Origin: Desulfurococcales archaeon
GTDB lineage: Archaea; Thermoproteota; Thermoprotei_A; Sulfolobales; NBVN01
DNA: 55,875 bases
Assembly: GCA_027083115.1 (NCBI GenBank)
Contig: JALWQN010000084.1
Span: forward strand, 1 to 55,875
Reading direction: 5' to 3'
Part shown: positions 40,702 through 50,055 of the stretch, piece by piece
How positions within the stretch are numbered: position 1 is the first letter of the stretch
How the letters are laid out: each line of letters opens with the position of its first letter
The notes under the pieces: model-generated
Seen by the model: the letters and a program-made list of their open reading frames with translations, nothing else
What the model was told of the DNA's origin: nothing
Databases searched by the model: none
Translations under genes and position numbers: made by a program

Positions 40702-41022
40702 GTGACGGCGATGGTAATGCCCGAAAAAATCCCTGTCCTTAATCTAGAGGGGTACGCAATCAATGGAATGGTTAAGGACTTCAGGATGGTTGACTGCAAG
40801 AGCTCAGGTAAGCTGCGTATGAGTAAAGTTATTGCTACATTAAATTCTGATGAGGAGGTTGAGACAGAATGTATGGAATACACAAGAGCTGTGAGGATAT
40901 TCATCGTTCTAGAGAAGTATAAAGACTTAAGTAGCCCACTAATAAGTAAGGGATTGACGGAAGAGATGATGAAAGGTATTACATATGATATAGATCACAG
41001 AACCACAACCAAAAATGATTAA
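40702..41022 (+). CDS. Hypothetical protein
   Basis: ORF; its 3' end overlaps a C/D sRNA. Confidence 0.6.
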   Translation: MTAMVMPEKIPVLNLEGYAINGMVKDFRMVDCKSSGKLRMSKVIATLNSDEEVETECMEYTRAVRIFIVLEKYKDLSSPLISKGLTEEMMKGITYDIDHRTTTKND

Positions 41023-41037
41023 GACACCAGACACTGA
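40966..41037 (+). ncRNA. C/D box sRNA (predicted 16S rRNA helix 18 guide)
   Basis: ATGATGA-aaggtattacat-ATGA-26 nt-ATGATTA-agacaccagaca-CTGA; both guides complement the recalled 16S 530-loop region. Confidence 0.7.
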
Positions 41038-41107
41038 TTTCCAGTCAGTTTATGTTGCCGTCATTCTCAGGCAAAGCCTATTAGTTATGCAATAAACACT
41101 TTCTCAG

Positions 41108-41491
41108 GTGCTTCGAATGTCTAAAGAAAAAAAGAAATTTAGGATGACATTACCTAAGAGCGAAAGCGACTATGAAACTATAGAGAAAGAAATCCATGAA
41201 GAAGAGGAACCTTCTGAAACCGTTCAGGAAGCCTCCGGGATCGAAGCTTTTGGCGGGCCTGAGGACGCCACCGTACTTCTTTTAAATAGTATTGCTCACA
41301 CTCTTGGCCATATAGAGCTTGAGCTTAACAATCTAAACACATCAATCCAGGATCTTAAGGAAGGAATGGAAAACATAAGGAATACCCTGAAAACGCTAAC
41401 TAAAGCAATCCTTTATATTTCCTCATCATCCCCTGAAAAACTTAGGAAAACTATGTTGAGGAGTGTTTTGGAAGAACTTATAAACGAGTAA
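41108..41491 (+). CDS. Hypothetical coiled-coil protein
   Basis: Acidic N-terminus plus heptad repeats. Confidence 0.7.
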   Translation: MLRMSKEKKKFRMTLPKSESDYETIEKEIHEEEEPSETVQEASGIEAFGGPEDATVLLLNSIAHTLGHIELELNNLNTSIQDLKEGMENIRNTLKTLTKAILYISSSSPEKLRKTMLRSVLEELINE

Positions 41492-41540
41492 ATCCTTCAT
41501 TAAAGCAAATATTTTTAACCTTGTTAACCTGCTACATTGG

Positions 41541-41831
41541 TTGGTTGTGAGTACTATGAAATTCTGCCCAAAATGCGGAACGATGATGGTGCCTGTGAGA
41601 AAAGGAAACAAAGTGGTGCTTAAGTGTCCAAAATGTGGTTATGAGGAGGAACTAAAGGGGAAAGCCAAGGATTATAAAATAGAGATTAAGGAAACCTCAC
41701 AGAAAGTTAAGACAACATCAATAGTTAGTGAAAAGAAAGGCAAAGGCAGAGGGAAAGAAGAGTTAGAACAAGAAAAAGAAGATTACTATGAAGTGTTCTT
41801 GGATTTAATGAGTCAAGAGGAAGGAAGTTAA
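41541..41831 (+). CDS. TFS/RpoM paralogue lacking the C-terminal Zn ribbon
   Basis: MKFCPKCGTMM..KCPKCGYEE followed by an acidic tail. Confidence 0.8.
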   Translation: MVVSTMKFCPKCGTMMVPVRKGNKVVLKCPKCGYEEELKGKAKDYKIEIKETSQKVKTTSIVSEKKGKGRGKEELEQEKEDYYEVFLDLMSQEEGS

Positions 41832-41869
41832 AACCCTTAACAAAAATCTATCCTGGTTAAAAAAGCGTT

Positions 41870-41974
41870 GCGGGGGTGCCCGAGCAAGGTCAAAGGGGTC
41901 GGGCTCAGGACCACCGAAGGTGAGAGCCCCGATGGCGTAGGCCTGCGTGGGTTCGAATCCCACCCCCCGCACCA
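41870..41974 (+). tRNA. tRNA-Leu(CAG) with 17-nt intron (41910-41926), CCA encoded
   Basis: Cloverleaf with long variable arm; BHB at 37/38 (CTCA/TGAG central helix). Confidence 0.96.
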
Positions 41975-42049
41975 AACAAAACGATTATTACACTCTAATG
42001 CTAAAGAACCTGAAAGTTCTGAGACCTTCAGGAAATGTTCAAAATAACC

Positions 42050-42433
42050 TCATTTTCTTTGTGATGTTGTACGTAAGGACTTTACTTTCCTTACTTTCTC
42101 CATAAGGTCTAGGAGTTCCTGCAATTCCTTAACAGTGTCCAGTAGATCCTTATCTCCTTGAATTATCTCGTTAACTATCCTGCTTAATTTTTGTGTGATT
42201 ATTTTCTCTAGCGTGCTGAGAACAGATTCAGTAACTGCTGAAATCGCTTCAGCCTCAGAACCAACTACTTTAACAGGTCCATGCACTGGGCAAACTATTT
42301 CTCCACTCTTGAGCTTAAAGAGCGGCAAACCACATACTGGACAGGTTTCTTCAAGCATAACAGCACCAGACCTTAAGAGCTCCGCCATCCGCTTCAATGC
42401 TTTCTGCTTATCATAGGCTGACACTCCACCCAC
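42050..42433 (-). CDS. UPF0148/SSSCA1-family Zn-ribbon protein
   Basis: MAELLRSGAVML..CPVCGLPLF..CPVHG. Confidence 0.9.
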   Translation of the reverse strand: MGGVSAYDKQKALKRMAELLRSGAVMLEETCPVCGLPLFKLKSGEIVCPVHGPVKVVGSEAEAISAVTESVLSTLEKIITQKLSRIVNEIIQGDKDLLDTVKELQELLDLMEKVRKVKSLRTTSQRK

Positions 42434-42573
42434 CTTGATTATTTAGGTTCCTTAACCCTTAAAATAATGTACGAATTCGCTCTTGAGTGACTGCCTAACT
42501 CAGCTTGTTTTGAATGAAGCTTAATAATTGAGGTTGTTATATAATTCCTAGCTGTTTTAGGAGGTGAGGAACA

Positions 42574-42858
42574 ATTTCAGCTATACCTCAAGATAAAAGA
42601 AGTGTTAATGAGGCAAAAATTAGGCAGGCCTTAATGCTTCTCGAGAAAATAATAAGTGATTCCAGCGTACCAAGAAATATTAGGAGGGCTGCCATCGAAG
42701 CCATGAAAATGCTTAGAGATACCTCATTATCTCCTGGCGTTAGGGCTGCTAACGCCGTTAGCGTTCTTGACGAAGTAAGCCAAGATCCCAACATGCCCAT
42801 GCACACTAGAACAGCAATATGGAGCATAGTTGCTGTTTTATCAACAGTAAAGGATTGA
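42574..42858 (+). CDS. UPF0147 family protein; extended to a probable ATT start
   Basis: [30 protein letters not shown]. Confidence 0.9.
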   Translation: MSAIPQDKRSVNEAKIRQALMLLEKIISDSSVPRNIRRAAIEAMKMLRDTSLSPGVRAANAVSVLDEVSQDPNMPMHTRTAIWSIVAVLSTVKD

Positions 42859-42911
42859 TGAATCCAGCAACCATAAACCCGCTAAAACCCGTATGAGAGG
42901 ATGTAAGTATT

Positions 42912-44333
42912 ATGGCATATAGAGCTAGAGTTAGGGGAATTTATTCCACGGCCCTATCTAAGATCTTGGTCGATAACGGCATTGAATTAGTTGACGTTAC
43001 ACAGGTGATAGCTGACAGGCTTAAGATTGATGAAAGAAGAGGCCTACCTGCGGACGTAACCGTTAAGTCAGATGAGGAAGACCCCTCACAAATACTGGTC
43101 CTGGGTTTTCCTGAAGCCGTTGATGAAGTGCTAGATATCCTAACTAATGAAATTCCTGAAGTACTCACTTATGTGGCTAAGGTCGGGCTGTATTCTGCCT
43201 TCAAAGCCGAGATTCTTGGATTCGCTAATCATGCATGCATCGTTAAGACGCCAGTAGGTGAGGCTGTGCTTCTAGATGAGGAAGAATGTGTTAAAGGTAA
43301 GCAACTGCCTGTAACAACAATTAAAGTTCCTTTAAAACCAGGTGAAAAGTTGCTGGTTTCAAGCAAGCTTAGAGTCGTGGGTAAATACGCGATAGTTGGC
43401 AGAGGCACAAATGTCTCTTTCAGTAGCTTCATAAGGAATAAGGACCGAATTTCTAAATTACTTGAGATATCATCATCGATCGTAAGTCAAGGATATTCAA
43501 TAAGATGGAGAAGTAATGCTGATGAAGCCGAAATTAGCGAAATAATTAAGGAACTTCCGAACCTCATTGAGGAACTCAAGAAAGTTGAATCACGAGTTAA
43601 GAGCTCCAGCATGTTCGAGATGGTTTATTCAGGCGAGCATGTAGGAATTATTGAGTTAACCTATAACTCCAAAAAATTCCTGGATGAAGTTAGGGCAAAA
43701 GTAACTTCAACATCTCCTTACCATCACATGCTAAGAAGCCTTCGTGAAAAAGGAGAAGATGTTGTGGGATTACTTGACATAATTGCTGAGAATGTGAATA
43801 ATGAGAAACTAATTCTGTGGCTAAAGAAATGGATAACAAAACAGTTAAGTACGAGGAAAGACGTTATTGTTTATCATAAGAGACCTCTCAAGAAAAACAT
43901 ATCTTTAGGGAGAATGCAGCCACATACCGTGGCTACTGACGGGAACCTTACGTTAAAGCTAAAGAGAGAGATAAGGACTAAAGGAATCTACGATGGTTTA
44001 GAAATAAAGAAAGAGAAAGGAGATTACGCCATAACGACTCTTGCCGAAGGTAGATGGCATGTCGTACATGATTACTACAATAAGAATGGGTTGCATAAAG
44101 GGAGCTACATAAATATAAACACACCACCAGAAATACTTCCTAATGGATCGATTACGTATGTTGATTTAGGTGTTGATATTGTGAAGGCTGCGGGCGAAGG
44201 ATGTAGGCTTATTGATAGCGAAGAATTCAGGTCCTTAATTAAGGAAAGGGTAGTTAAAGGAGATATTGTTGAGAGAGTGATTAACGAAATAAATGAAGCT
44301 ATACTAGAATACTGCAGTGGCCTAGCAAAGTAA
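42912..44333 (+). CDS. fau-1: FAU-1 RNA-binding protein/ribonuclease (DUF402)
   Basis: RVRGIYSTAL, GIYDGL, YININTPPE, YVDL. Confidence 0.88.
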   Translation: MAYRARVRGIYSTALSKILVDNGIELVDVTQVIADRLKIDERRGLPADVTVKSDEEDPSQILVLGFPEAVDEVLDILTNEIPEVLTYVAKVGLYSAFKAEILGFANHACIVKTPVGEAVLLDEEECVKGKQLPVTTIKVPLKPGEKLLVSSKLRVVGKYAIVGRGTNVSFSSFIRNKDRISKLLEISSSIVSQGYSIRWRSNADEAEISEIIKELPNLIEELKKVESRVKSSSMFEMVYSGEHVGIIELTYNSKKFLDEVRAKVTSTSPYHHMLRSLREKGEDVVGLLDIIAENVNNEKLILWLKKWITKQLSTRKDVIVYHKRPLKKNISLGRMQPHTVATDGNLTLKLKREIRTKGIYDGLEIKKEKGDYAITTLAEGRWHVVHDYYNKNGLHKGSYININTPPEILPNGSITYVDLGVDIVKAAGEGCRLIDSEEFRSLIKERVVKGDIVERVINEINEAILEYCSGLAK

Positions 44334-44924
44334 AGACAATTTTTCACATAAGACCTTCTTAATTGAGTTAATCACGTCATTTAAGCCTAAGGTACCGTCG
44401 ATCTCTATAAGCTCTCCCTTTCTAACTAGGTCCTTATATATGGCGCGAACATCTTTAATCACGCCTAGATCGTCTTCCAGGTACTCTAACCTAGTCGATG
44501 AGTTTGTCTTCCTCTTTAGCCCTAAATCTGGGGGAACATCTATATAGATTGCGATATCCGGCTTAAGAACAAATTTATTCACTGCCTTAATCCATGGGAT
44601 TTCAACCCCTCTAGCTCCTTGATAGGCCATTGATGAATAGTAATAGCGGTCACTTACAACAACTTTCCCCAGACTTAATGCTGGCTTTATGACTTCATTA
44701 ATATGATAGTACCGGTCAGCAGCCATCAGTAGAGTCTCCATTACACCACCTAAGGACCTACCGTATTTCTTAAGCATTTTCGTAAGGTCCTTCGTGTATG
44801 GCTCGTAAGTGTAGAGGGCCTGAATTCCTTCCTTAGTTAAGAGACTCACTATTTTCTTAGCTACAGTAGTTTTGCCAGCACCATCTATACCTTCCAACAC
44901 AATGAATGCCGAATCACGTCTCAA
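44322..44924 (-). CDS. tmk: Thymidylate kinase
   Basis: LEGIDGAGKTT, ADR, DRYYYSSMAYQG. Confidence 0.95.
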   Translation of the reverse strand: MRRDSAFIVLEGIDGAGKTTVAKKIVSLLTKEGIQALYTYEPYTKDLTKMLKKYGRSLGGVMETLLMAADRYYHINEVIKPALSLGKVVVSDRYYYSSMAYQGARGVEIPWIKAVNKFVLKPDIAIYIDVPPDLGLKRKTNSSTRLEYLEDDLGVIKDVRAIYKDLVRKGELIEIDGTLGLNDVINSIKKVLCEKLSLLC

Positions 44925-45333
44925 TTATTAATTCACCCTCCTTAATGCATGCTCTACACCCCTTATATGAGACCAGACTCCTTGCTTGACAGTCTATTAA
45001 CTTATAGAGAGGGACCTCAGAAATTATTGACGCAATAATTGTTACTGGATCCTCTGAATTAACTACCATTGCTTTAGGTGCTTTATTGTATTTTCTGAGG
45101 GCGTAAATCACGTAAGAACCAACGGTGCTTCCGACAGCATTAGGAAAAACAAGTATTTTGTCCGCTAAAACCTCATTACCATGAAGTACTCCCGACTTAG
45201 GGTCAATGTCCCCTAAGTAAGAAATGGGTTCAGCTGAGGGTAAGAGTAAGCCACAAACTATGCTTCCACGCCCAGTGCCTAAGGAAATAACTTCCTTAAC
45301 TCTATAGGATTTCTTCAAGCTACCTACCCCCAC
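44914..45333 (-). CDS. DUF126 aconitase X swivel subunit (phosphomevalonate dehydratase small subunit)
   Basis: ISYLGDIDPKSG, GSTVGSYVIY. Confidence 0.88.
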   Translation of the reverse strand: MGVGSLKKSYRVKEVISLGTGRGSIVCGLLLPSAEPISYLGDIDPKSGVLHGNEVLADKILVFPNAVGSTVGSYVIYALRKYNKAPKAMVVNSEDPVTIIASIISEVPLYKLIDCQARSLVSYKGCRACIKEGELIIET

Positions 45334-46525
45334 AAAATTCCTTAAGGATCACCGAACGGTCTTTAATTAAAGCCCTAACTCCAGCAAGCTTCGGCAGATA
45401 ATAAAGCGCCTTTCCCGAATCGGTGATTACGTACTTAATACCTAAGAGATCAAGTCTAGTAACAACTGGACATGAATTATACAGTAGCCTAACCCCTTTA
45501 TCCCTCAGTTTATTCTCATACCTGTAAACCGCGTTTGCTGAGTAAGGGCCTGTTATTAACCATAATTCCTTGCTTTCATTACTTCTTTTTGGGCAATTAT
45601 TGAGCACGTAATTGATAATGCCTACTATTTCTTTAGTAGATAGATGAGGGCATCCAATGATATATACCGCATCCTCAGGGGATCTCGAGCCCTTAGTGAA
45701 GCTTAATTCTTCTGGAGAAAGACTTACGAAGATCTTAGATTTAAGGCCTGAATCGCTAAACAGTTTTCTATAGTGAGGGGTTACTCCCTCAATAACAACC
45801 ATCGGAGCCCCTGAAGTTGCGCCGAAAGCTGAAAGAAAAGCCCTTAACCAAGACTCGCTTACATTAGCTAATCCCTCAACATAAGGGATTCTGTCAGGGC
45901 AAGTTTCACCAACCTTATACCCCAATAAGGCAGACTCAACATAGTTAGCTGGTTTTTCGACACTTACATAGCATTTAGGTATTCTGCCGTCATACAGGTG
46001 AACCCCCGAAAAATATGTTTCCCCAACTATAGCTTCAAAAAAAGCTAATGGTCCTCCCTCCCTATTTGTGTGTGCCCCAATTATTGAGTTAGCATATAAA
46101 ACTGCATTACTTTCGGCCCAAGCAATGTGTTCCCCTACTGAGGGCCTACGTATATAGTAAGGTGCACAGGTGAAGGCTTTAGCACCCATTCTGGTTAATG
46201 CACGAATTATTTTTGACTGCTTCAGAATTACTTCTTCACTGAATCGTTTATTCCGGTAAGGCACTAAAATAGCGTAGGGGTTAGCTGTCGTGTATGTGGC
46301 AAATTTTGTTTCCGCATCAGCAAAGCCCTCAAGGAATTCGATACCAGGATCTCCAATGTTGAAATAAGAAATGCCCGAAATATGAACGTGATTGACCCTA
46401 ACCAACTTATTGGCACCGGAGACCTCGCCTACCTTTACCAAGGCCTTCATGGCTTTCTGAGGTATCTCACCATATTCGCCGTTAAATATAGCCTCCTCAT
46501 TCCTAGTTAAGTACAAGGTAGCCAC
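45320..46525 (-). CDS. Aconitase X catalytic subunit (phosphomevalonate dehydratase large subunit)
   Basis: TCAPY, AWAESNA..NS..GAHTNREG, GCPHLS, TDSGK. Confidence 0.9.
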   Translation of the reverse strand: MATLYLTRNEEAIFNGEYGEIPQKAMKALVKVGEVSGANKLVRVNHVHISGISYFNIGDPGIEFLEGFADAETKFATYTTANPYAILVPYRNKRFSEEVILKQSKIIRALTRMGAKAFTCAPYYIRRPSVGEHIAWAESNAVLYANSIIGAHTNREGGPLAFFEAIVGETYFSGVHLYDGRIPKCYVSVEKPANYVESALLGYKVGETCPDRIPYVEGLANVSESWLRAFLSAFGATSGAPMVVIEGVTPHYRKLFSDSGLKSKIFVSLSPEELSFTKGSRSPEDAVYIIGCPHLSTKEIVGIINYVLNNCPKRSNESKELWLITGPYSANAVYRYENKLRDKGVRLLYNSCPVVTRLDLLGIKYVITDSGKALYYLPKLAGVRALIKDRSVILKEFCGGR

Positions 46526-46526
46526 C

Positions 46527-47822
46527 TTAAGGGAGGGTCGGCCTCATAAACCTTTCTTTTTCTTTAAGGGGGTAAGTAGCATCTATGCCTACTTTTGCTG
46601 TTAAGCCATCCTCAGCACTCGGATCCAGGGAAGAACCCCTAGCGTTATTAATAACCACTAATCCCTTACTAGCCTGAAACCTTGTAGCTATAGCCCACTC
46701 AATATCTGCATAATTATCTGGGTCAATATCCTCGTCCACAACAACCACGTGCTTCAGGCTTGGATGAGCTGCAAAAGCTGCCATAATTGCTGACTTGCCG
46801 TCACCATCACTGTTTCTCCTTATGGAAATAACTGCATGAAGCCATCCACCGCCACCTTCAGTCAATCTCACACCCCTAACGAAAGGGACAACCTTTCTCA
46901 CAGCATCCCATATAGCAGCTTCTCTCGGGAACCCCATAAGCACCTTATGTTCCTTACCTCCAGGAAGTATGACGTGAAAGAACCTCGATTTCTTATTAAC
47001 GTAAATTTTATCAACCTTTATTAAGGGTTGATTCCTCACTCTATCATAAGTCTCCAGCAAATCAACAAAGGGTCCCTCCTTAATAACTTCCTCAGTTATT
47101 TTGCCCTCAATCACCACGGACGCATAGGGATCCACGGGTAATCCATAAAGAGGAGTCTTAACGTAGGAAGCACCCCCAACTAAGGACGCATATATTTCCA
47201 TCTCGAAATGCCCATAAGGAGGTGAGACAGCAGCAGAAAGTAGGTGAAGAGGATTAACACCTACAGAGATAGCCACTGGTGTTGCTTCACTGTTCTCTAA
47301 GTTCTTCCTATAGATTGCATAAAGATGCCGAGGGACCAAGCGAATTGAAAATCCTTTACCGGGAACATACATCAACCTATGTACTGAGGCATTATATGAG
47401 TGTAGCTCTGGAGTTCTGGCCACAACTATGGATGAAGTTATGTATCTCCCACCATCATTAGGATAAAACTTTATTGAAGGGAGCTCCTCACAACCGATGT
47501 TAGCTACCTCAAAAAAATCGTTAAATCTCTCCTCAGCCATCCTTTGTTTCCTAGTCTGTGAGAGACTACCTAGGATTGTGCTGTACGCCTCCTGATCGCT
47601 TGAAACCCTTAAGTAACGGTAAAGCATTTTTCGTGAACCAACTAAATTAGCCACACAAGTTAGTGGAGAACCCTCAACCTTAAAAACTACGGCTTTCCCC
47701 TCAATCTCTGCTTTCTTTATTATTTTTGTGGGCACATAATCCCTTGGCAAAGGCCTCCCTAACTCCTCCTTAAGAAAACCGCTATCACGTAAGTCATTAA
47801 TAATTTCCATTAGAGACCGCAA
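46527..47822 (-). CDS. UbiD-family decarboxylase (probable anhydromevalonate phosphate decarboxylase)
   Basis: HRL, EGPF.D, VVDEDID, WAIATR, SSLDPS, GIDAT; in an operon with AcnX. Confidence 0.88.
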   Translation of the reverse strand: MRSLMEIINDLRDSGFLKEELGRPLPRDYVPTKIIKKAEIEGKAVVFKVEGSPLTCVANLVGSRKMLYRYLRVSSDQEAYSTILGSLSQTRKQRMAEERFNDFFEVANIGCEELPSIKFYPNDGGRYITSSIVVARTPELHSYNASVHRLMYVPGKGFSIRLVPRHLYAIYRKNLENSEATPVAISVGVNPLHLLSAAVSPPYGHFEMEIYASLVGGASYVKTPLYGLPVDPYASVVIEGKITEEVIKEGPFVDLLETYDRVRNQPLIKVDKIYVNKKSRFFHVILPGGKEHKVLMGFPREAAIWDAVRKVVPFVRGVRLTEGGGGWLHAVISIRRNSDGDGKSAIMAAFAAHPSLKHVVVVDEDIDPDNYADIEWAIATRFQASKGLVVINNARGSSLDPSAEDGLTAKVGIDATYPLKEKERFMRPTLP

Positions 47823-49105
47823 ACCATATCCCCTCTTACTTCCTGAAAATCATCCTTTAATTTAATTTGGCTGGCTATTAACCCACGAATCGCTCCTTCA
47901 TAGGGGGTTAATATTGAGATATTGACTGAATTCGCTGAAAAATGAATACCTAAAATTCTTCCAACACCCACATCAACGCCGTCCTCATTAACCAAGCCAA
48001 CCAAGCACCCAACAAAATCTTGGGGCACAAAAACCTTAAGCCTAAAGGTACTTTCTTTATTTGTTAAGCACTCCATTAAGGACTGACTTCTTTCTACAAT
48101 AACCATGTTGAGGTATTCCTTGTAAATACTGGCGTAAAGGACTCTTATACCTTCACTCCTAAAGCAAGGAAGTAACTTGCCTACTTCATCTGGCTTAAGT
48201 GGTTTTCCAGCAAAGACCGAGGAATTCATTAAGTTAATGGTCGCTAGATCTAATGACCTAACGCTACCTTTAGCGAAGTACTTAAGGTAAGATTCTTTTC
48301 TTAATTGCCTCCTAATCTCCCTATCCCTAATTACTTTGTTCTTTGGGGGTTCAGCATAAAGAACTTTGTAAGTCCTTAAAGCGTTTCTTAAGAGCTCATA
48401 TGTGCCAATATCGGTAACTATGATGTGAGTTGGTCTGATCCACCTCACCAACTCTAACTTATGAAGTAGAGCAGCTTGTGTATTAACCCAACCATCAGTG
48501 TTGATTATGAGAGGTTCCGAGGGATCTTCTTTATTAATTAGATCTATTGCTGAAGCTATGACTTTCTCACCACATTTGGAAGGTGTTATGCAGCCAACAA
48601 ATCTTAAAGACTCAAAACCTAACTCCCTTTGCCATAAGAATTTTTTACGCACCTTTTTGCTAGCTATAGTACCAGGAACAGCTAAATCTTCCTGCCCTAT
48701 ATCAGCCTCAATTAAGACTGGCTCAACACCGCCTTGAAGAAAGTAGTTAGCTATGAAGGCAGCTACTGATGTCTTGCCTGATTCTATGGGTCCAACAACC
48801 AAAATCCTTGCCCTCCTTGTTTTTCGATAATCACTAATTATCTCCTTAGCTAAACTTAACCACTTCCCAATAACTTCCTCTTCTAGGGAAGTTCTTGCGA
48901 CCTCAGCTCCTTTACCTAATACAGCATTAATCATAGCCTCCTCTAAAGCCATCACGCTATAGGACCTGAATCTGTGTACGATAAAGAATTCCCCAGGAAC
49001 GTAAATTGCTCCAGCAACTAAAAGCTTGCCTTCCTTTACTTCAACCCTAGCTGGGCCTGTTATTCTAATTACATCATCCTTCATGAGCCTAATAGTATTA
49101 ATCAA
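47810..49105 (-). CDS. Clp1/Grc3-like polynucleotide 5'-kinase
   Basis: GPIESGKT, ADIGQ, NTDGW. Confidence 0.88.
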   Translation of the reverse strand: MINTIRLMKDDVIRITGPARVEVKEGKLLVAGAIYVPGEFFIVHRFRSYSVMALEEAMINAVLGKGAEVARTSLEEEVIGKWLSLAKEIISDYRKTRRARILVVGPIESGKTSVAAFIANYFLQGGVEPVLIEADIGQEDLAVPGTIASKKVRKKFLWQRELGFESLRFVGCITPSKCGEKVIASAIDLINKEDPSEPLIINTDGWVNTQAALLHKLELVRWIRPTHIIVTDIGTYELLRNALRTYKVLYAEPPKNKVIRDREIRRQLRKESYLKYFAKGSVRSLDLATINLMNSSVFAGKPLKPDEVGKLLPCFRSEGIRVLYASIYKEYLNMVIVERSQSLMECLTNKESTFRLKVFVPQDFVGCLVGLVNEDGVDVGVGRILGIHFSANSVNISILTPYEGAIRGLIASQIKLKDDFQEVRGDMVCGL

Positions 49106-49203
49106 ACTTTACTCACCTAAAGCAACGGACCTAATTTCCTTACTTTCATTTACTATAAATTAAAACATTCTTGAGGTATAATTACTTCGGTGGGATCCCC
49201 TAA

Positions 49204-50055
49204 TTGATTAATGAATTGCTTAGCGATTGCGTGAAGATGAAGAAAGAGCTGAGAAACATTTCGAGGCTCTTGCTCACTAAGAAGCTCAGTCAGCATTTGA
49301 TGAAGGACTGCAGGATTGGTTACTCTTTCCTTGAAGCTTTAGGAACAATCAGAAGCACTTGCCTGATAGAGATCGGATCCGGTACTGGGTTCCTAACAAG
49401 GTTTATTTCCAGAGTAACCAAGCAGGTGATTGCTGTTGAGTTCGACCTAAGATTAATTCCGTATCTAAGGAATTATTTAAGAGATCTCCCTAACGTACAT
49501 ATAGTTGTGGGCGACGGAAAGAACCTAATTAATAGTTGTAGGTGTGATACTCTTGTATCGAACACGCCATACCATATTTCCACCCCTTTGCTAATTAATT
49601 TCGTGAAGTCAAATCTCAAACATGCTGTATTGATGCTTCAGAAAGAAATAACTGACCGACTGATGTCCAGCCCAGGGAGCCGCGAATACAGCAGAATTAC
49701 TGCCTTCGTTAATACTTTCGTAACTGTTAACAGAGTAAGGGATTTTCCTTCAAGTTCATTTATTCCTGAACCAAAAGTTAATTCTTCTTTAGTTGTTTTA
49801 GCTAGAAAAAGAGCCTGGGATTGTTCATGGCTTCTTTATGAAGACATGCTTAGGCATATTTTCACTCAGCGAAGGAAGCTTGCCAAGAAAGTATTCAGGA
49901 ACTACCTCCGAAAGTTGAAGACCACTGTTTCCGAAGAAAGACTGGACTTTTTAGGAAGCAAGCGTGTTTTTGAGTTAAGTATTGAGGACCTCCTTAATCT
50001 CCATAAGGTAGTCAGTGAAGAACTGAATCACACCAATAAATTCAGAAATTGCTGA
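49204..50055 (+). CDS. rsmA: 16S rRNA dimethyladenosine transferase
   Basis: LSQH, EIGSGTG, NTPY, MLQKE, F.PEPKV.S; true start probably near 49231-49237. Confidence 0.9.
   Translation: MINELLSDCVKMKKELRNISRLLLTKKLSQHLMKDCRIGYSFLEALGTIRSTCLIEIGSGTGFLTRFISRVTKQVIAVEFDLRLIPYLRNYLRDLPNVHIVVGDGKNLINSCRCDTLVSNTPYHISTPLLINFVKSNLKHAVLMLQKEITDRLMSSPGSREYSRITAFVNTFVTVNRVRDFPSSSFIPEPKVNSSLVVLARKRAWDCSWLLYEDMLRHIFTQRRKLAKKVFRNYLRKLKTTVSEERLDFLGSKRVFELSIEDLLNLHKVVSEELNHTNKFRNC

Noticed and set aside
42006..42040. Imperfect inverted repeat CCTGAA/TTCAGG downstream of tRNA-Leu (possible att site or element scar)
   Set aside because: No duplicated tRNA 3' end or integrase seen in the window
42855..42905. 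TGATGA after the UPF0147 stop as a possible C box
   Set aside because: No correctly spaced D' or D boxes
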